DNA of 63,902 bases, counting the filler, from Choristocarpus tenellus KU-1152 (Eukaryota > Protista > Phaeophyceae): assembly GCA_964200185.2 (NCBI GenBank). It is 10 parts of 10 records of this genome, joined end to end, with 100 filler letters (N's around TTAATTAATTAA, not from the genome) between each part and the next. Parts side by side here need not be neighbours in the genome. Positions count along the whole stretch, not along the records: positions 1 to 17,746 come from CAXNAD020000631.1; positions 17,847 to 27,171 come from CAXNAD020003780.1; 8 more parts are not named here. The stretch is one strand, 5' to 3'. Made by a program: the position numbers and the translations under genes. The notes below the pieces were generated by a model that was given only the letters and a program-made list of their open reading frames with translations, was not told where the DNA came from and ran no database searches. Numbering within the stretch: position 1 is the stretch's first letter; the number at the start of each line of letters is the position of its first letter. Below are positions 13,723 to 25,762 of the stretch, piece after piece.

Positions 13723-13863
13723 CATCTGAGAGAAGGTTTCAATGATTGCATCCTCTTCTTTTTTGTTGAAAGCAGGGAATGCTGTCGCTGCCGCATATCC
13801 AGCAGCCCTGCACAGCTGCTCAAGGACCCCAACCGCAGTATCATAGCGCTGGATGCTCATCAT
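13723..13863 (-). CDS. Probable coding exon, possibly the true first exon of the kinase
   Basis: ATG-initiated 47 codons (MMSIQRYDTAVGVLEQLCRAAGY...IIETFSQM) ending at donor GTGAGG in phase 0. An in-frame AG at ~13060 would join it to [10 protein letters not shown]. Confidence 0.5.
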
Positions 13864-15777
13864 TATAATAGCAAAGGAAAAGGAAAAGTGACACAGTGCA
13901 ATAACAAACCGTACATGACAAAAGAGCACAATAGTTAGTCAGCTTTTGGGGCGGAAATCGATCAATAGTTAGTTGTTGCGCTTTGCTTGCAAAAAGAACT
14001 CTCTACAATAGCCCCCAGTACGTCAATGATGGTGAAAATATCAAATGGACAAACATAAGAGCAAGTGAAATATACTTTCATTGCCGCCAACAATGCACCT
14101 CCAACAGAAATTGAGTGTATTGTTTTCGAACTCTAAACTGAACTCACAGCGATAGTCATGATACAAAAACGAAACAATTTATGTCATTCCAAGTCCCCCA
14201 CCTTTCCCCCTGAATGCCATGCATTATTTCTATTTTTCTTCTACTTCTATTGATGCGTAATCAATGTCATTAAAAAGGCATTCAAGTTTTTGATAATACT
14301 GAACAGAAGGAATGCAAAAGGGGTGGGATCTTGCTTAATCTCTTACATGAACGTCATTGACTGCAAAGAAGACGAAGCAGAGGTCCTTGAGGTGTGCGTC
14401 CAGACTGATTGGGAGCGCCACAGCAGTGTTCAGAGGCAGATCTGGGTGCAGCGGTGTGTTAGGGTGCTCTGAGGTGAACCACAGGATATCCTCTGCCATC
14501 CGTGCTTGCTGCACCATCTAACGGTTTAGAGGGTACGCCAGTTCGATAAGGCCAGGAAGATGGACGCTAACGTTGGCGTTGGCATGAACCCATTGCAGCA
14601 AGCGTGGGTATCTGCTATTGCAACTTGAACCTATCATGCGAGCACAAACCCTCCATCAGCCCGTAAGGACTGGTGCGCTCTTCTGGCGTATTGGGCAAAT
14701 AAATAATGTGCATGTTAGACTTGAACCTCAACCTGACGTACATTAGGTGACAGGTGGTGACGGGCATTGTTGTTCTCAACAGTCAAGACACTGCCCAGGA
14801 TCTCCATATACGATACAACAGTGGCCTTCTTTACGAACACTTGAAGACACTTCGGCTGCGACGCCTTGCCATCCTCTGGTCCAAGTCCCCCGACGTAGGT
14901 CCACATCTGTGTACGAGGAACAGTTCCTAGTTATCGTTTGGAGGCAAGGAGATGTAACGAATAGAAAATAGCAACAGACACACGATCAATAACGCAGAGT
15001 TCAAGGGAGCATTGCCTTTCCCTCAACCAGCTACACATCGCCAACATGTGCTCGCCCATTCTCTCACCTCAGCTATCTCGAAGTGCAAGAGTTCGCACAA
15101 GGTTTCCAGACATCGGTCTACTGCAGCTTGATGGGCTGATGACAAGCTGAACCCCTCCAAGGTGTTCTACAGATGAGCGGAAAAACAACGGTAAGGGGGG
15201 GGTGACACATAGTTGAAGGTTACTCATTGAGTAAGCATGAACACAACGGCACCTTAATCTTACCATTTCCTGAGTCGATGATAGAGAGCCCTGTCCACTG
15301 GGAAGAATCAGGTTTGATGTCCTGGCCATTACAGTATCATTAGGTTGGACACGACCACTTCCTTGACTTCTGGTAGATCGTTGATCTGACTTTAGGGTCA
15401 TAGATAGTACCCTAACTTCAAGATCTTTGCAATATGCAAAGCACGGTTTAGGTGGTTGAGAAGGACGTCACACACCATTCACAAGTTAACTGAGAAAATT
15501 GGGATGGAGTCCAAATCTTTCTTTGTCTGGATTGTTTCTCCCCATCTACCTTCCCAACCACTGACTTAACCTGAGATTCCACATCCCCAAGAGTAATACA
15601 ACTGAATATTCTTGGAAATCGTTAACACAAAAAATATCGACAAATGAAATTTCAAGTTCCCAGTTTGGAATTCAAGTACAATTAGGGTTTTCTGTTTATT
15701 TCTACATATGTATGTGTGTTTGCGTTATTATGTGCTCACTCTTGTAGATGTCTCACAGAAAAACCAAAACTAAAACC

Positions 15778-16053
15778 AGTGAAAGTTTATGAAGTAATCT
15801 GAGTTTTGTGGGCGGAAGAATTCTGGTTGGCTAGGGGCACAGGACACGGGAAGGTAGTGGAAAGAAAAAGAAGGAAGCAGGAAGAGAACGAATAGTTAAG
15901 GAATGACTCTAAGAGAAGGGGGAAAAGGTTAAAAGAAATGAGTGGTAGGAAGAGGGAAGGGGAAGGATTGATCAGTATCTAACAAGAGGGCTGAGAACCA
16001 GGGGTACAGGACGAGGAGGGTGAGAACAAGAAAACCTCCGAGCAAGCTCTCGC
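15778..16053 (+). repeat. Purine-rich dispersed repeat, copy 1
   Basis: gaaagtttatgaagtaatctga...aatgagtggtagg...aacctccgagcaagctctc is shared with 26548-26832. Confidence 0.75.
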
Positions 16054-17683
16054 CGGAGTAGATCAAGACAGATCCCCAACAATCTTTCCGACAGCTGGAA
16101 GGGAGAAAGGTCCGTGGAGAGGGGCGGGGATGCTTGAGAACTGGATACTGAAAAATGGTAAGAAAAGTTCCACAAGGTAAGGGGGCTGGTGACTGAGACG
16201 ATGAAGAACATTTTGGATAGGTGTAGGGTAGGTATGGAATATGGGTAGTGAAGTGGGTACATTCAGATATAATACAAGTGGTACCTGGGGAAATCCATAG
16301 AACAAGAAATTACGAAAGACTGACCACGATGTTATGGTGGAGTGATTTAAGTTTAGATGTGTAAAAGATGGATCAGCCGTTTCCCACCGTAGTGGCCCTG
16401 GTAGACATGATAGTACATGCTAATTCGGTAAGTTACAAATGCTGATATTTTTTAGCTTAGTACACAGATTAAAAAGGGAAAGGGTTGAGGGTCCTGCCAG
16501 AGTTACAGTCTAAGGGGTTGACGGGAACTAGTAGTACAGTGCGACAGTTATGCCACAAACATGGTTATCCCATGGAGATCACGATAAAAATGGGAAAGTT
16601 AATGGGTCAGGGTAGGGGTAGCGTACCTGCGCTAATCTTGTGGAGTAAGTGCAGTTTAGCTTGAAAATTGGACCGGGACTGATGCTAGGTTTATATCGAT
16701 TGGTGGCATCGCGTGGATTTGTTTTCCGCTGCTTACATCATTCAACCTAAACCATAGGGCAAAAGAAAATCGAATAGCGTGGGCTCACTGTAGGATGATG
16801 TAGAGGGGACCATTCCGTTAAAGAGTAACGCGTGAAAGTTACGAGGTTAGTGATGGACGTTTACTAAGCACAGGCTACATGTGAATCAGTAGTTATGTCA
16901 TTACGAGTAGCCATAGAATTTATGGATTATAGCTACAAACTGGGAGATAACGTGGCATAGAAAACAAAACAAATAAGAAAACCTGCATAGGTATTCCAGA
17001 GTACCGAATGAGGCCATGAGGTAGGTGGAGTTTCTAGGTGGAGTCATAGCTACGAAATTAAGTACAGATAATGACAGAGTCCCGAATGGACATGCAGTAG
17101 GTGGGAATTTTAGGTGGAGTGAACGTCAGGAAAGTAAGAACTGGGGATTTGCAGTAGATGTATGTTAAAAAAAACTGAGATGCGATAGTTGAAAGAAGAA
17201 TGGACTGGGCGAGAACATATCAAAAGTATGCAGATAAGAAGGTGATTGATGATGTCTGTTGTCTTCACCGGTGAAAAGTGCCTGTAGTAAACGCTTTTAT
17301 ATAAGATCATTTTTTTTTTGTTTAATTTGAAGTCCCAGTTCAGAAGGAACGGGCATACTCAGATTGGACAGGCGCAATTTGAATGAGATTGTATTCTGTG
17401 ATCTTGTATACGTACATTTTAGAGAAAAACATGGAGATGAGTTAATCACATTTGTGATTATGGAGGTTGGAACTGGGGTCCCATTTATTCTAGACCATGT
17501 CAGAGATGTACGTTTTGCAACTTTTGAAGATGTTTTAGAAGGAGTAAGTACATACTAAGATTAGCCCAGATGCAAATTGTTTCTCGTAGTATTCTGTGCT
17601 TTTTGGAATAAAACATCCCAAGAAAAACAAGGGTATGTGTTGATCGATTCTGAACCTAGTCGAAGTTATATATTTTTATTAAA

Positions 17684-17746
17684 GAGCCAAAGTATCTTAG
17701 AGGGTAGAGCCGCGTCCATTTGGGGATCAATATACAATGTTGTGAT
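17684..17746 (+). mobile_element. MITE family A left end, cut by contig end
   Basis: gagccaaagtatcttagagggtagagccgcgtccatttgggg. Confidence 0.85.
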
Positions 17747-17846
17747 NNNNNNNNNNNNNNNNNNNNNNNNNNNNNNNNNNNNNNNNNNNNTTAATTAATT
17801 AANNNNNNNNNNNNNNNNNNNNNNNNNNNNNNNNNNNNNNNNNNNN
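17747..17846. other. Artificial contig linker (44 N + TTAATTAATTAA + 44 N); identical linkers at 27172, 30830, 33707, 37337, 41258, 45114, 54982 and 61085
   Basis: Nine 100-nt spacers carrying a six-frame stop cassette. Confidence 0.97.
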
Positions 17847-17869
17847 CCCCCCAGATACTTTGACCCGAC

Positions 17870-18280
17870 TGGAGGAGCAATAATGTTTGCAGGAGGAGCA
17901 ATATCTTGGATGTGAAAGATACAAAGAGTTGTAGCTCTGTCTCTTTCACGAAGAGTGAGTACATAGCTCTTAGCAAAGTGGCACAGGAACTACTTTTCTT
18001 GAGAAGCGTCTTTGAGTTTATTCAACCACAGTTTCTTAGGCGTTGCATTCAATTGTTTGAGGATAACGATGGTGCATGCGAACTGGTACGAAATCCCACA
18101 AGCTCAGCTAGAAGAAAGCACATTGATGTCCGAAATAATTTTACGAGGGAACTTATATAGAAAATGAGAGATTCGTGTTGTTTTTGTTGGTACTGCAAAT
18201 CAGATGGCAGATGTGCTGACCAAGTATTTGCCAGTTCGAGTTTTAGACAGTATGTGAAGTTTTTGATAAACATCTAAGAT
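17870..18280 (+). pseudogene. Ty1/copia pol RNase H fragment, frameshifted
   Basis: FAGGAISW ... SEYIALSKVAQELLFLR ... LFEDNDGAC ... RKHIDVR ... QMADVLTK. Confidence 0.9.
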
Positions 18281-18345
18281 AACCTGTGTTTTGCATTTTT
18301 TTTATTGTTAATGCGATTGTTAGAGAGTTCATACTTGTTTTCAGC

Positions 18346-18934
18346 AAGGGGAGGATGTCGAATAACCTAGTGTTATCCTTACGTTATCTCTGTGGCGATA
18401 CAAGTATATAACATATGTTCCATGTACGTTTATCCTTAGTTCGGTACAATACAAAGTAGTATCGTGCATAGCGGTATGATGGGTCAGTCTTTGGTCATAC
18501 GTCAGAAATAATGATGGCTAAGACAAAGGTCCAGTGGAAAATAAATATTCAATGTATGTTTTACCATATAACTCAACTACTAGCTTTCGGCGACGAGCCT
18601 TATATGCGCCAAGTTCTTCAACACAGGGGCCTGGACGGTGAACCCACCACCGACACTATTAACATCAGTCCTACATACTGTCGCTCTTGCTCTTGTAATT
18701 CGGGTGGTCCTCCAGACTGACTGTCCGCAGTAGAAGAAAGTTTCTGAAGGTGATGTACTGGAAGGGGGGGCTAATGTCGGCTGTAAACATGAAATTGGTA
18801 GGATTCCCTTCTTCTTTGACAAAGTAGCAGGGGCTTCAACAAACCTTGGTTCCAAGTACCCACAATCACCATTATCCAATCTTCTGCAAAGAGCCCACAT
18901 CATTTATGTGTAGGATCTACTATATTCATCAACA
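18346..18934 (+). mobile_element. Copia PPT plus 3' LTR (~18356-18934)
   Basis: aaggggagga then TGTCG just after the RNase H; candidate end ttcatcaACA. Confidence 0.6.
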
Positions 18935-19538
18935 TTCTTGTTGGACTTACTATTTACAGCCCAAATAACATGTTTTTTAACCGCAAGTCTGGTGTAAGGA
19001 CGTCAGAGATTTCAAATTCGACAGACTACTTGGTGCGCAAACTCTGAGATTCCAATTGAACCAGGAAGGTCTTCTTGTTATCTGGAAGAGGCAAGCTACT
19101 CAATGGGCACTTAGCTGTTGGTATGCTGAATGGGGCCCATCATGGACATCACTACCAACATTTAGGAAAGGGGTGATATCGACGGAGAATAGGGTGGTCG
19201 TTCAATCTTAACGCCATTCATTGTCTGTGGAGGTGTGATGGGCAATCAATCACACGACTCAGTTCAATATATGTCAATAATCAATTCTATCATGAGTTTG
19301 ATGGTCTTCAGACATCGACACCACCCAATATTTTTCACAATGACAATCAATCATCCCGCCATCCATTTTGTGCATCAATTGGTCATCAATATCATCACAG
19401 ATAGGTTAACATTAGAATGAATCTGGGTTATACCTAATTTGTTATTCTCCAGGGTTCAAAGGGAGGAAAACTGATCATTCATGATGTAGGTACTTTAGAA
19501 TTCCACTCAAAACCACTCCATACTGTTCACAACAGAGA

Positions 19539-20858
19539 ATGATCGATTGGCAGGTGCGAGTAGAATACGATATGGGGATCAAATACTCTGGTGCTTCCAT
19601 GGTAGACAAGACATTGAAGGACGAGACATTGGGGTTTGAGACGTTGGAAGATGAGACACTCACAGCTTCCAATAAACAGGGTAATGTGGTGGGGAAGAAC
19701 GACGAGAACTCTCTTGCTGTGGAAAAGCTGTTAGCTTCAATACCTGATCTGGTCTCACAGGTTTCGAGACTGGGCCATTCCCTCCACCATGTCGATGGTC
19801 GATTCGTGGCCCTTCCCACTACGAAAAATGAGAGACCTTTCGACCTGGCAATATCTGAGGTTCATCGACTTCCGAGGGGTGTTGAGGCCTTGAAGTACAT
19901 CAATAATTCACATAGGGCAGATTGTATTTTTCATATGGACGGAACTACAACTTACGCCCATCAGGCTCTACTTGCTCGCCATTCTGGCTACTTCGCAGGC
20001 TTGTTCTCCAAAGGATTCAAGGGAGACCAGTTCCAACCGACTATTGTTCGTCTGCCTGGTCTTCCATACCCAGATGCCTTCGGGGAGGTCCTAAAGTACT
20101 TGTACTCTGGTGATACCAATGTTGTAGATATGGGCTGGGGAGACACGGCCATAAGGTTGGCCTGCAACGCGGCATTTCTCGACGTGGATTTGTCTCTACA
20201 GGAAGCTGCCACCTTGTACCTGGCCCGAAATTGGAAGATGCTGAGGTCGTCAACCCTCGTTTCTGGACAGCGTTGCCGTTTCTGGGACGCGGCCACGCAG
20301 GATCTAATGGACGAGATAATAACATTGCTGCCGGCTGGGGCACAGAGCATATTCGAGTTGCTAGTATCACTTCAAGAGTCCTCTTGGGCCGACTGCAATG
20401 ATCCTCATATGGCTGCTTGGATGCGTGTCCACCTCTCCTCCTCTCAAGTGAAGGAATCGATAACATTGGTTGACCTTCGTAACTGGTTCAGAGAGGGTAT
20501 ATCGAGCGAGGGTACCAGTGTCATCACCAACCTATTGCCTGTGGACACGGTAAAATCGATAATGGAGAAGGAGCTGGAGACCGCAAAATCTAAATTGAGT
20601 CTTTTTCAGAGATTGACGGGAGTGGATGATCTTGAGGGAGATTTAAGCCGCTGTAGTAGATGCGACACACAGGTGCCCTTGGTGAAGAAGGAAGGGACTG
20701 CCAGCACTTGCTATCCTAAACTTAAACACCCTGGTGACTACATTACCGGAGAAGAACATCACTGGTCCTGCTGTGGTAAGCGTTTCAAGAAGAGCAAAGG
20801 ATGTGTTGTTGAAAAAAAAAAAATGTATCATGAGCTACGTTGTAGTTTCCCTGTTTGA
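19539..20858 (+). CDS. Intronless BTB/POZ-domain protein with C-terminal Btk-type zinc motif (439 aa; start may be Met at 19572)
   Basis: Uninterrupted ORF. BTB core ADCIFHMDGTTTYAHQALLARHSGYFAGLF...DAFGEVLKYLYSG; C-terminal CSRC...HPGDYITGEEHHWSCCGKRFKKSKGC. Confidence 0.85.
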   Translation: MIDWQVRVEYDMGIKYSGASMVDKTLKDETLGFETLEDETLTASNKQGNVVGKNDENSLAVEKLLASIPDLVSQVSRLGHSLHHVDGRFVALPTTKNERPFDLAISEVHRLPRGVEALKYINNSHRADCIFHMDGTTTYAHQALLARHSGYFAGLFSKGFKGDQFQPTIVRLPGLPYPDAFGEVLKYLYSGDTNVVDMGWGDTAIRLACNAAFLDVDLSLQEAATLYLARNWKMLRSSTLVSGQRCRFWDAATQDLMDEIITLLPAGAQSIFELLVSLQESSWADCNDPHMAAWMRVHLSSSQVKESITLVDLRNWFREGISSEGTSVITNLLPVDTVKSIMEKELETAKSKLSLFQRLTGVDDLEGDLSRCSRCDTQVPLVKKEGTASTCYPKLKHPGDYITGEEHHWSCCGKRFKKSKGCVVEKKKMYHELRCSFPV

Positions 20859-23305
20859 GGTCTGACATTTTTGGTCTGTTTGGCTCAATGCACAGCAGCC
20901 CAAGGGCATTGGGAGTGTGTAGGAGATGGCAATGAAGTGAGAGTATTCTGAGGAAAACCAAGCACGTGGTGTCAAGAAATACTTCATAGTCCCAAGGCGA
21001 TAGGTTTGTTGTCGCTATGATACTTTGTTATAATGTGCACTTGAGATGACGGCATTGATGCCTGCTTCGTCTTCGTAGTACAGCATATGCCAGAGCCAAG
21101 CGTGATGTTGCACTACCATGCGACAAACTGTTTTGATATCCTCTTACTACTGTGGTCGCTCCCATTAGTTTAATCACCTGAACTACCAATATAGTCCATG
21201 GCTGTAAGTACTACAAAGTGACAATGGGAAAGAATTGTTTTGTGTATATATGATGTCGTCCATGCAAAGAGATGTCTACCTTCATCAAAATGGAGGAAAA
21301 TCGTTCTGCCGCCATTGATGTATTTTTCCCATAAATTACCTCCCATCTCCTGCCCTCTGAAGTGTGTTTTCTTGTGGAGTGCAAAAATATGTCAAAATGC
21401 TGTAGAATATCGCAGAGTTCTAGATGCCATCTTTTTGCAACTGAAAAAGTCTACAATATGTACACATTTAGTCATCTACAATCTCCTTTAGCCCACGGGT
21501 AACACTAGGCTGTCTCCCTGCATCAGGTCTCTGTCCCCACTCTTGCAGTTACCTTCTTGTTGCGTTGCTGCTTCAAAGATGGTATCTATCTGACTTCTGG
21601 GACTCACGATCATAGTCATCGAGGTAGATATAGTAGACCTCTGGAAATCGTGGATGCCAGGAGAAGGTGCAGGGATTGAGAGACCCCATCTAGTCATTCT
21701 CACATATTTTGTTATCAGGAGCAGGAGAATGCTGACTGCTTTTAGCGTACTTGTCACCTCATGTGAAGATAGAGAAAGCATTCTTTGTCGTGAACTTCAG
21801 GACAGGCATATGGAGCATCACCTTTTTTGTGTGCTAGTCATCCAGGGAAGGACCTGTACATAACTACTACTATTAATACTCTTGCATTTTGTTAGTATTG
21901 AATTCACACGCCTCTCACGTATGCATCACCATTCGGGTACAGCCAAGTTGTTACACATTGTTGAATTAGCTTTGTGGGGAAAGGCTGGTCGCCAAAAGCT
22001 GGGGATGTGTTACATGGTGAACATACACTGATTTATTAATTATCCGCAAACATTCTGCGTTAGTCATCCATTATCACAGACATGACCAAACGCTGACTTA
22101 TCTTACCGTTAACTTTGCTACTTTGTATTGTACTGATCTAAAGATAAATGTACACGAAACAGTGTTATATGGTTGTATCAGCACACACAAAGTAAGTCTA
22201 ACACTAGTTGTTCGACACACGTCTCTGGGGGATTGGGTGGTCAACGACTTTTCGATCGTGTCCAATTTGCTTGTCGTGATACAATTTATACACATCCATG
22301 TTGTATTAGTGTGACTCTCCGAGGGAGCTGATCCGCTGTGGGCCATTACAGAATTTGCGCGCAGGAACTCGTGGAGGATAGAGGGGGAGTCCCAAAGCAC
22401 TCATTTCACTTCTTCAACTCCGATCTGTACTGGAATACCTCCTGGTTACCTCAAGTATGGGGTGATATAGGAGTGTATTGCACGTGTGCAGAATACAACA
22501 TGAAATATAGTAACTTGTTAACCAAGAGCATTCTGGTTCATGGTTCATACATCTTGACAGGATATTCATAGATAATCAATTCTGGGTTGTGGTGTCCACA
22601 TATTCGAAATGTTTTTCTATATCTTGATTGAGTTTTCTAGAAGAGTTGTAAGTATTCAGTTTTAGAAAAAGATTTCTTCTAGAAGTAGCAGGTGCTAACC
22701 CAAGCCCCACCACGTATAATAACATCACTTATCTCCTTTCAACCATCTCGTCACTTTGAGTAAAGGGGGAATCGTATGAGTCCCCCATCTCTTTCTTTTC
22801 TCGTCTCCCATCCTGACACGAGCAGCTGTCAAAATCTGCACACCGCGCAGCGTATGGATGGATACTGCGCCTCTTTTATCAAGCATAATAAACACCAGAA
22901 AGTAGAGAGGCAATAAGTTGTAGGAAAGAGAGCAAAACAATGGACCTGAGCCTCCTCAATGATGTAAGGTTATCCTTGTGCTCCATTCACAAATATAACA
23001 TGCAAGTTGGGCTGGAAGGGGAGATTGTATTTGCCTTCATAAGCGCAGCCAGAATTGTAACGAGCTGACAGTTTTGTGGTGAGTGCAATTGGAACATGAC
23101 GTAAATCAATAACAAAGCAGAGACTGGAGGCTACACGGAGGATTAATATGATACTGTCGTTCACGCAGCACATGGTGATGCAATCTTCCTGCAAGGAATA
23201 ATCAACTGTGATTGTGCATATATTTTAAAGTAGGTTTTGGAACAATGAGGTGTGGGTATGTTTTGAGTGTGAAAATCAAACCCTTTCAACTGTAGTAGCC
23301 CGAAA

Positions 23306-23483
23306 GGGTCAAAGTATCTGGGGGTGAGGGTGGCGGCTGTCAATTTGGGGTCAATTTTTTCAAGTCACGATTTTTGGGTCATTTGGTTGCATACGTCGAA
23401 TGAGTAATATAAGTGAACTTTCCTGATTTTGGGCAAATTGACACCTTGGTGTAGACCACCCTTCGCCCCCCATACTTTGGGTC
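23306..23483 (+). mobile_element. MITE family B (~178 bp)
   Basis: TIRs gggtcaaagtatctggggg ... cccccatactttgggtc; homologous to 48067-48252 and 38520-38670. Confidence 0.85.
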
Positions 23484-24499
23484 AAGCTAGAGTCTTTGGT
23501 TCAGGAGTTCTTCGTTTGGACCCGTCGCCAGAGGTTCTATAAATATAAATATGAACATCCCCTTGTATGGACTGGAAAAATGTGAACGCTAGGACGTACG
23601 ATGTTGGTGGGTCAACTCAATAAAAGATTCGAGGTGACCGCACGGCCGTTACATCATGATGGGGATCATATTACTCAAGAACAAATAACAGATATGTCTC
23701 AACAGCAGTCTCCATCACCTACCAAGTGGCAGACTTGAATCTTTGTTTCTTTGGGGGGTTGGGTGTTTCATGATCAATAAATACATTCAATGAAAACCAG
23801 ACATGATGCAATGAACAGCCACCTCTACTACACACACGAGTGCTGATGTGCCCCGTGATACGGTTTCTTCAACACCCCATTTGTCTACTCATGGAAACGA
23901 GGAGAGTTGAGAGATGAGAATAGCATTGTATTATTTGCTTATCTAAACGTCCACCAACATAATCCATATGAATAGGCCATTTGCAAAGGATTGATAGACC
24001 TGGTAATCACCAGATGTCATGTTAGAGCTGGTTCTGAATGGGTTAGATGAGATGAGTTACTAGTATTTACACAAAATGAGAGACTATAGTCATCAATGAC
24101 AATGCGACAAGAACAGATGTTAGTATGGTCGACGGATGCTAAGGATTATGATGTGTGGGTAACACGAGATCTGGGTCAAGACACACGAGTCATCAAAAGG
24201 ATTGGCGAGGATGTGCCTCAGACATACATCCGATGTTCGCTATACTTACACGATAGGTTAACACTATTAAAAGGGAACGCAAGGTATAGTCTATGCAAAG
24301 GAATATATGGTGAGGATAAATACGAAATCTCAAGACAAGACGGTATGGAACCAGAACTTTACCCATTATCCAATCCATTTTCCTCACGATAGGCTGCAAT
24401 CATTTCACTCATTGTGGGATCTGTTCCGCTTTTTTGTGAAGGTCACAAGAGGGTTAATAGCCACACTGACAAAGGCGATAGATAGCATTCGTTGATGAA

Positions 24500-24830
24500 C
24501 GACGACCTCGACACAAGGTTATGCCCACCAATGCTATCAAAACAGTGTACGGCCAATATCAGATCGGGAGACTTGATGGTCTATATCCGTAATGGTAACG
24601 GTTGCCCCAGAAACAAACGATCCAGTTCATTCAAGTCTGGCACGAGAGGATGAACAGGAGAACGTATCATTCTTCCCAGACGACCAAGACCAGGTCTATA
24701 TCCACCAATGCTACCAAAATAATGCACTGGCCAATAACAGGTCGAGAGACTTGATGGTCTATATCTGGCAATGGTAACGGCTTTCCCAGAAACAATCGAT
24801 CCAGATCATACAACTCTGGTATGAGAGGGT
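24500..24830 (+). repeat. Imperfect tandem duplication, period ~177 bp
   Basis: ccaccaatgct...gagacttgatggtctatatc...aatggtaacgg...cccagaaacaa..cgatccag...gagagg occurs twice. Confidence 0.8.
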
Positions 24831-24958
24831 GGACTTTTATAACAAGGTTCGAAAATGGGGAAAATGAGATATTGGTTGGCACGTTCCTTAATCTTTAAAT
24901 GTTGATGAAGTTCACTGCGTGCCAACTCAGGTACAGGCTGAAAAAGATCTTTGCTGAG

Positions 24959-25535
24959 TTAACTCTTCAGTAGTGACATCCGAGAATCAGCTTTAGACAA
25001 CGAATCACCAAGGATAGTATCAACAGGTAAACGAGCTTGTCTTCCAAACAGAAGGTAACACGGGCTTCCATTCAACTCTGCGCTGAAAGCTGTGCTATGG
25101 GCTAATTGCAAGAAAGGCAGTAACGATGCCCAATATCCTTGGTAAGAGAGATATACATTGCTAGTACAGAGTGCAACGTAGGATGTACTCTCTGTAACGT
25201 AGAATTCCTTGACCATGATATGGTGCGGTTTTGTTTTTCTTGTAAGAAAGACAGATTGCAACCCTGCAACGATACTATTCTTAAATTCTGTACCTTCATC
25301 GGATTGTAACAACTCGGGTAGGCAAGAAGTTGAAAATACATGTTATATCAACCGCGCACGAGCAATTATTGTGGCCTCTTTGTTTGGGACAGGGCACAGC
25401 ACAATCGTTGGAGTGACGTGATCAGTGACAGACAAGGCGTTTGGGCACATGACACCATTTGCTGCTGGACAACGTGTTTTGTTGTACTCTACCCAATCAA
25501 TATTTACCAACACATGTAAATGGTCTGTCAACGGG
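24959..25535 (-). pseudogene. Ty3/gypsy integrase core fragment
   Basis: VNIDWVE...SVTDHVT...LCPVPNKEATIIARA...LQSDEGTEFKN...WASLLPFLQLAHSTAFSAELNGSPCYLLFGRQARLPVD, with stops and frameshifts. Confidence 0.88.
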
Positions 25536-25654
25536 CATGTTCGTATCTGGTGCTCTACAGACTTGCAGGATTAGTATCAGTAGCAGAAATATGGATTTGT
25601 GCTACAGAAGGTGATCAAGGACCAGATACACTGTGCACTAAAGTTTGATTTTCT

Positions 25655-25762
25655 TATGAAACCATCACTTTCCAGAAGTGATGGTTCCAGTGTTTTGGAG
25701 AACAGTCTATGAAACCATTACTTTCCAGAAGTGATGGTTCCAGTGTTTTGGAGAACAGTCTA
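25655..25762. repeat. 53-bp tandem duplication, each unit with an 11-bp-stem hairpin
   Basis: (tatgaaaccatcactttccagaagtgatggttccagtgttttggagaacagtc) x2; aaccatcactt pairs with aagtgatggtt. Confidence 0.85.

Noticed and set aside
17747-17846. Recurring palindromic TTAATTAATTAA as a biological repeat
   Set aside because: Always centred in an identical 100-nt N spacer, so it is an artificial six-frame-stop linker.
19922-20831. Overlapping alternate-frame and antisense ORFs within the BTB gene
   Set aside because: Shadow ORFs of a real coding sequence, with no independent motifs.
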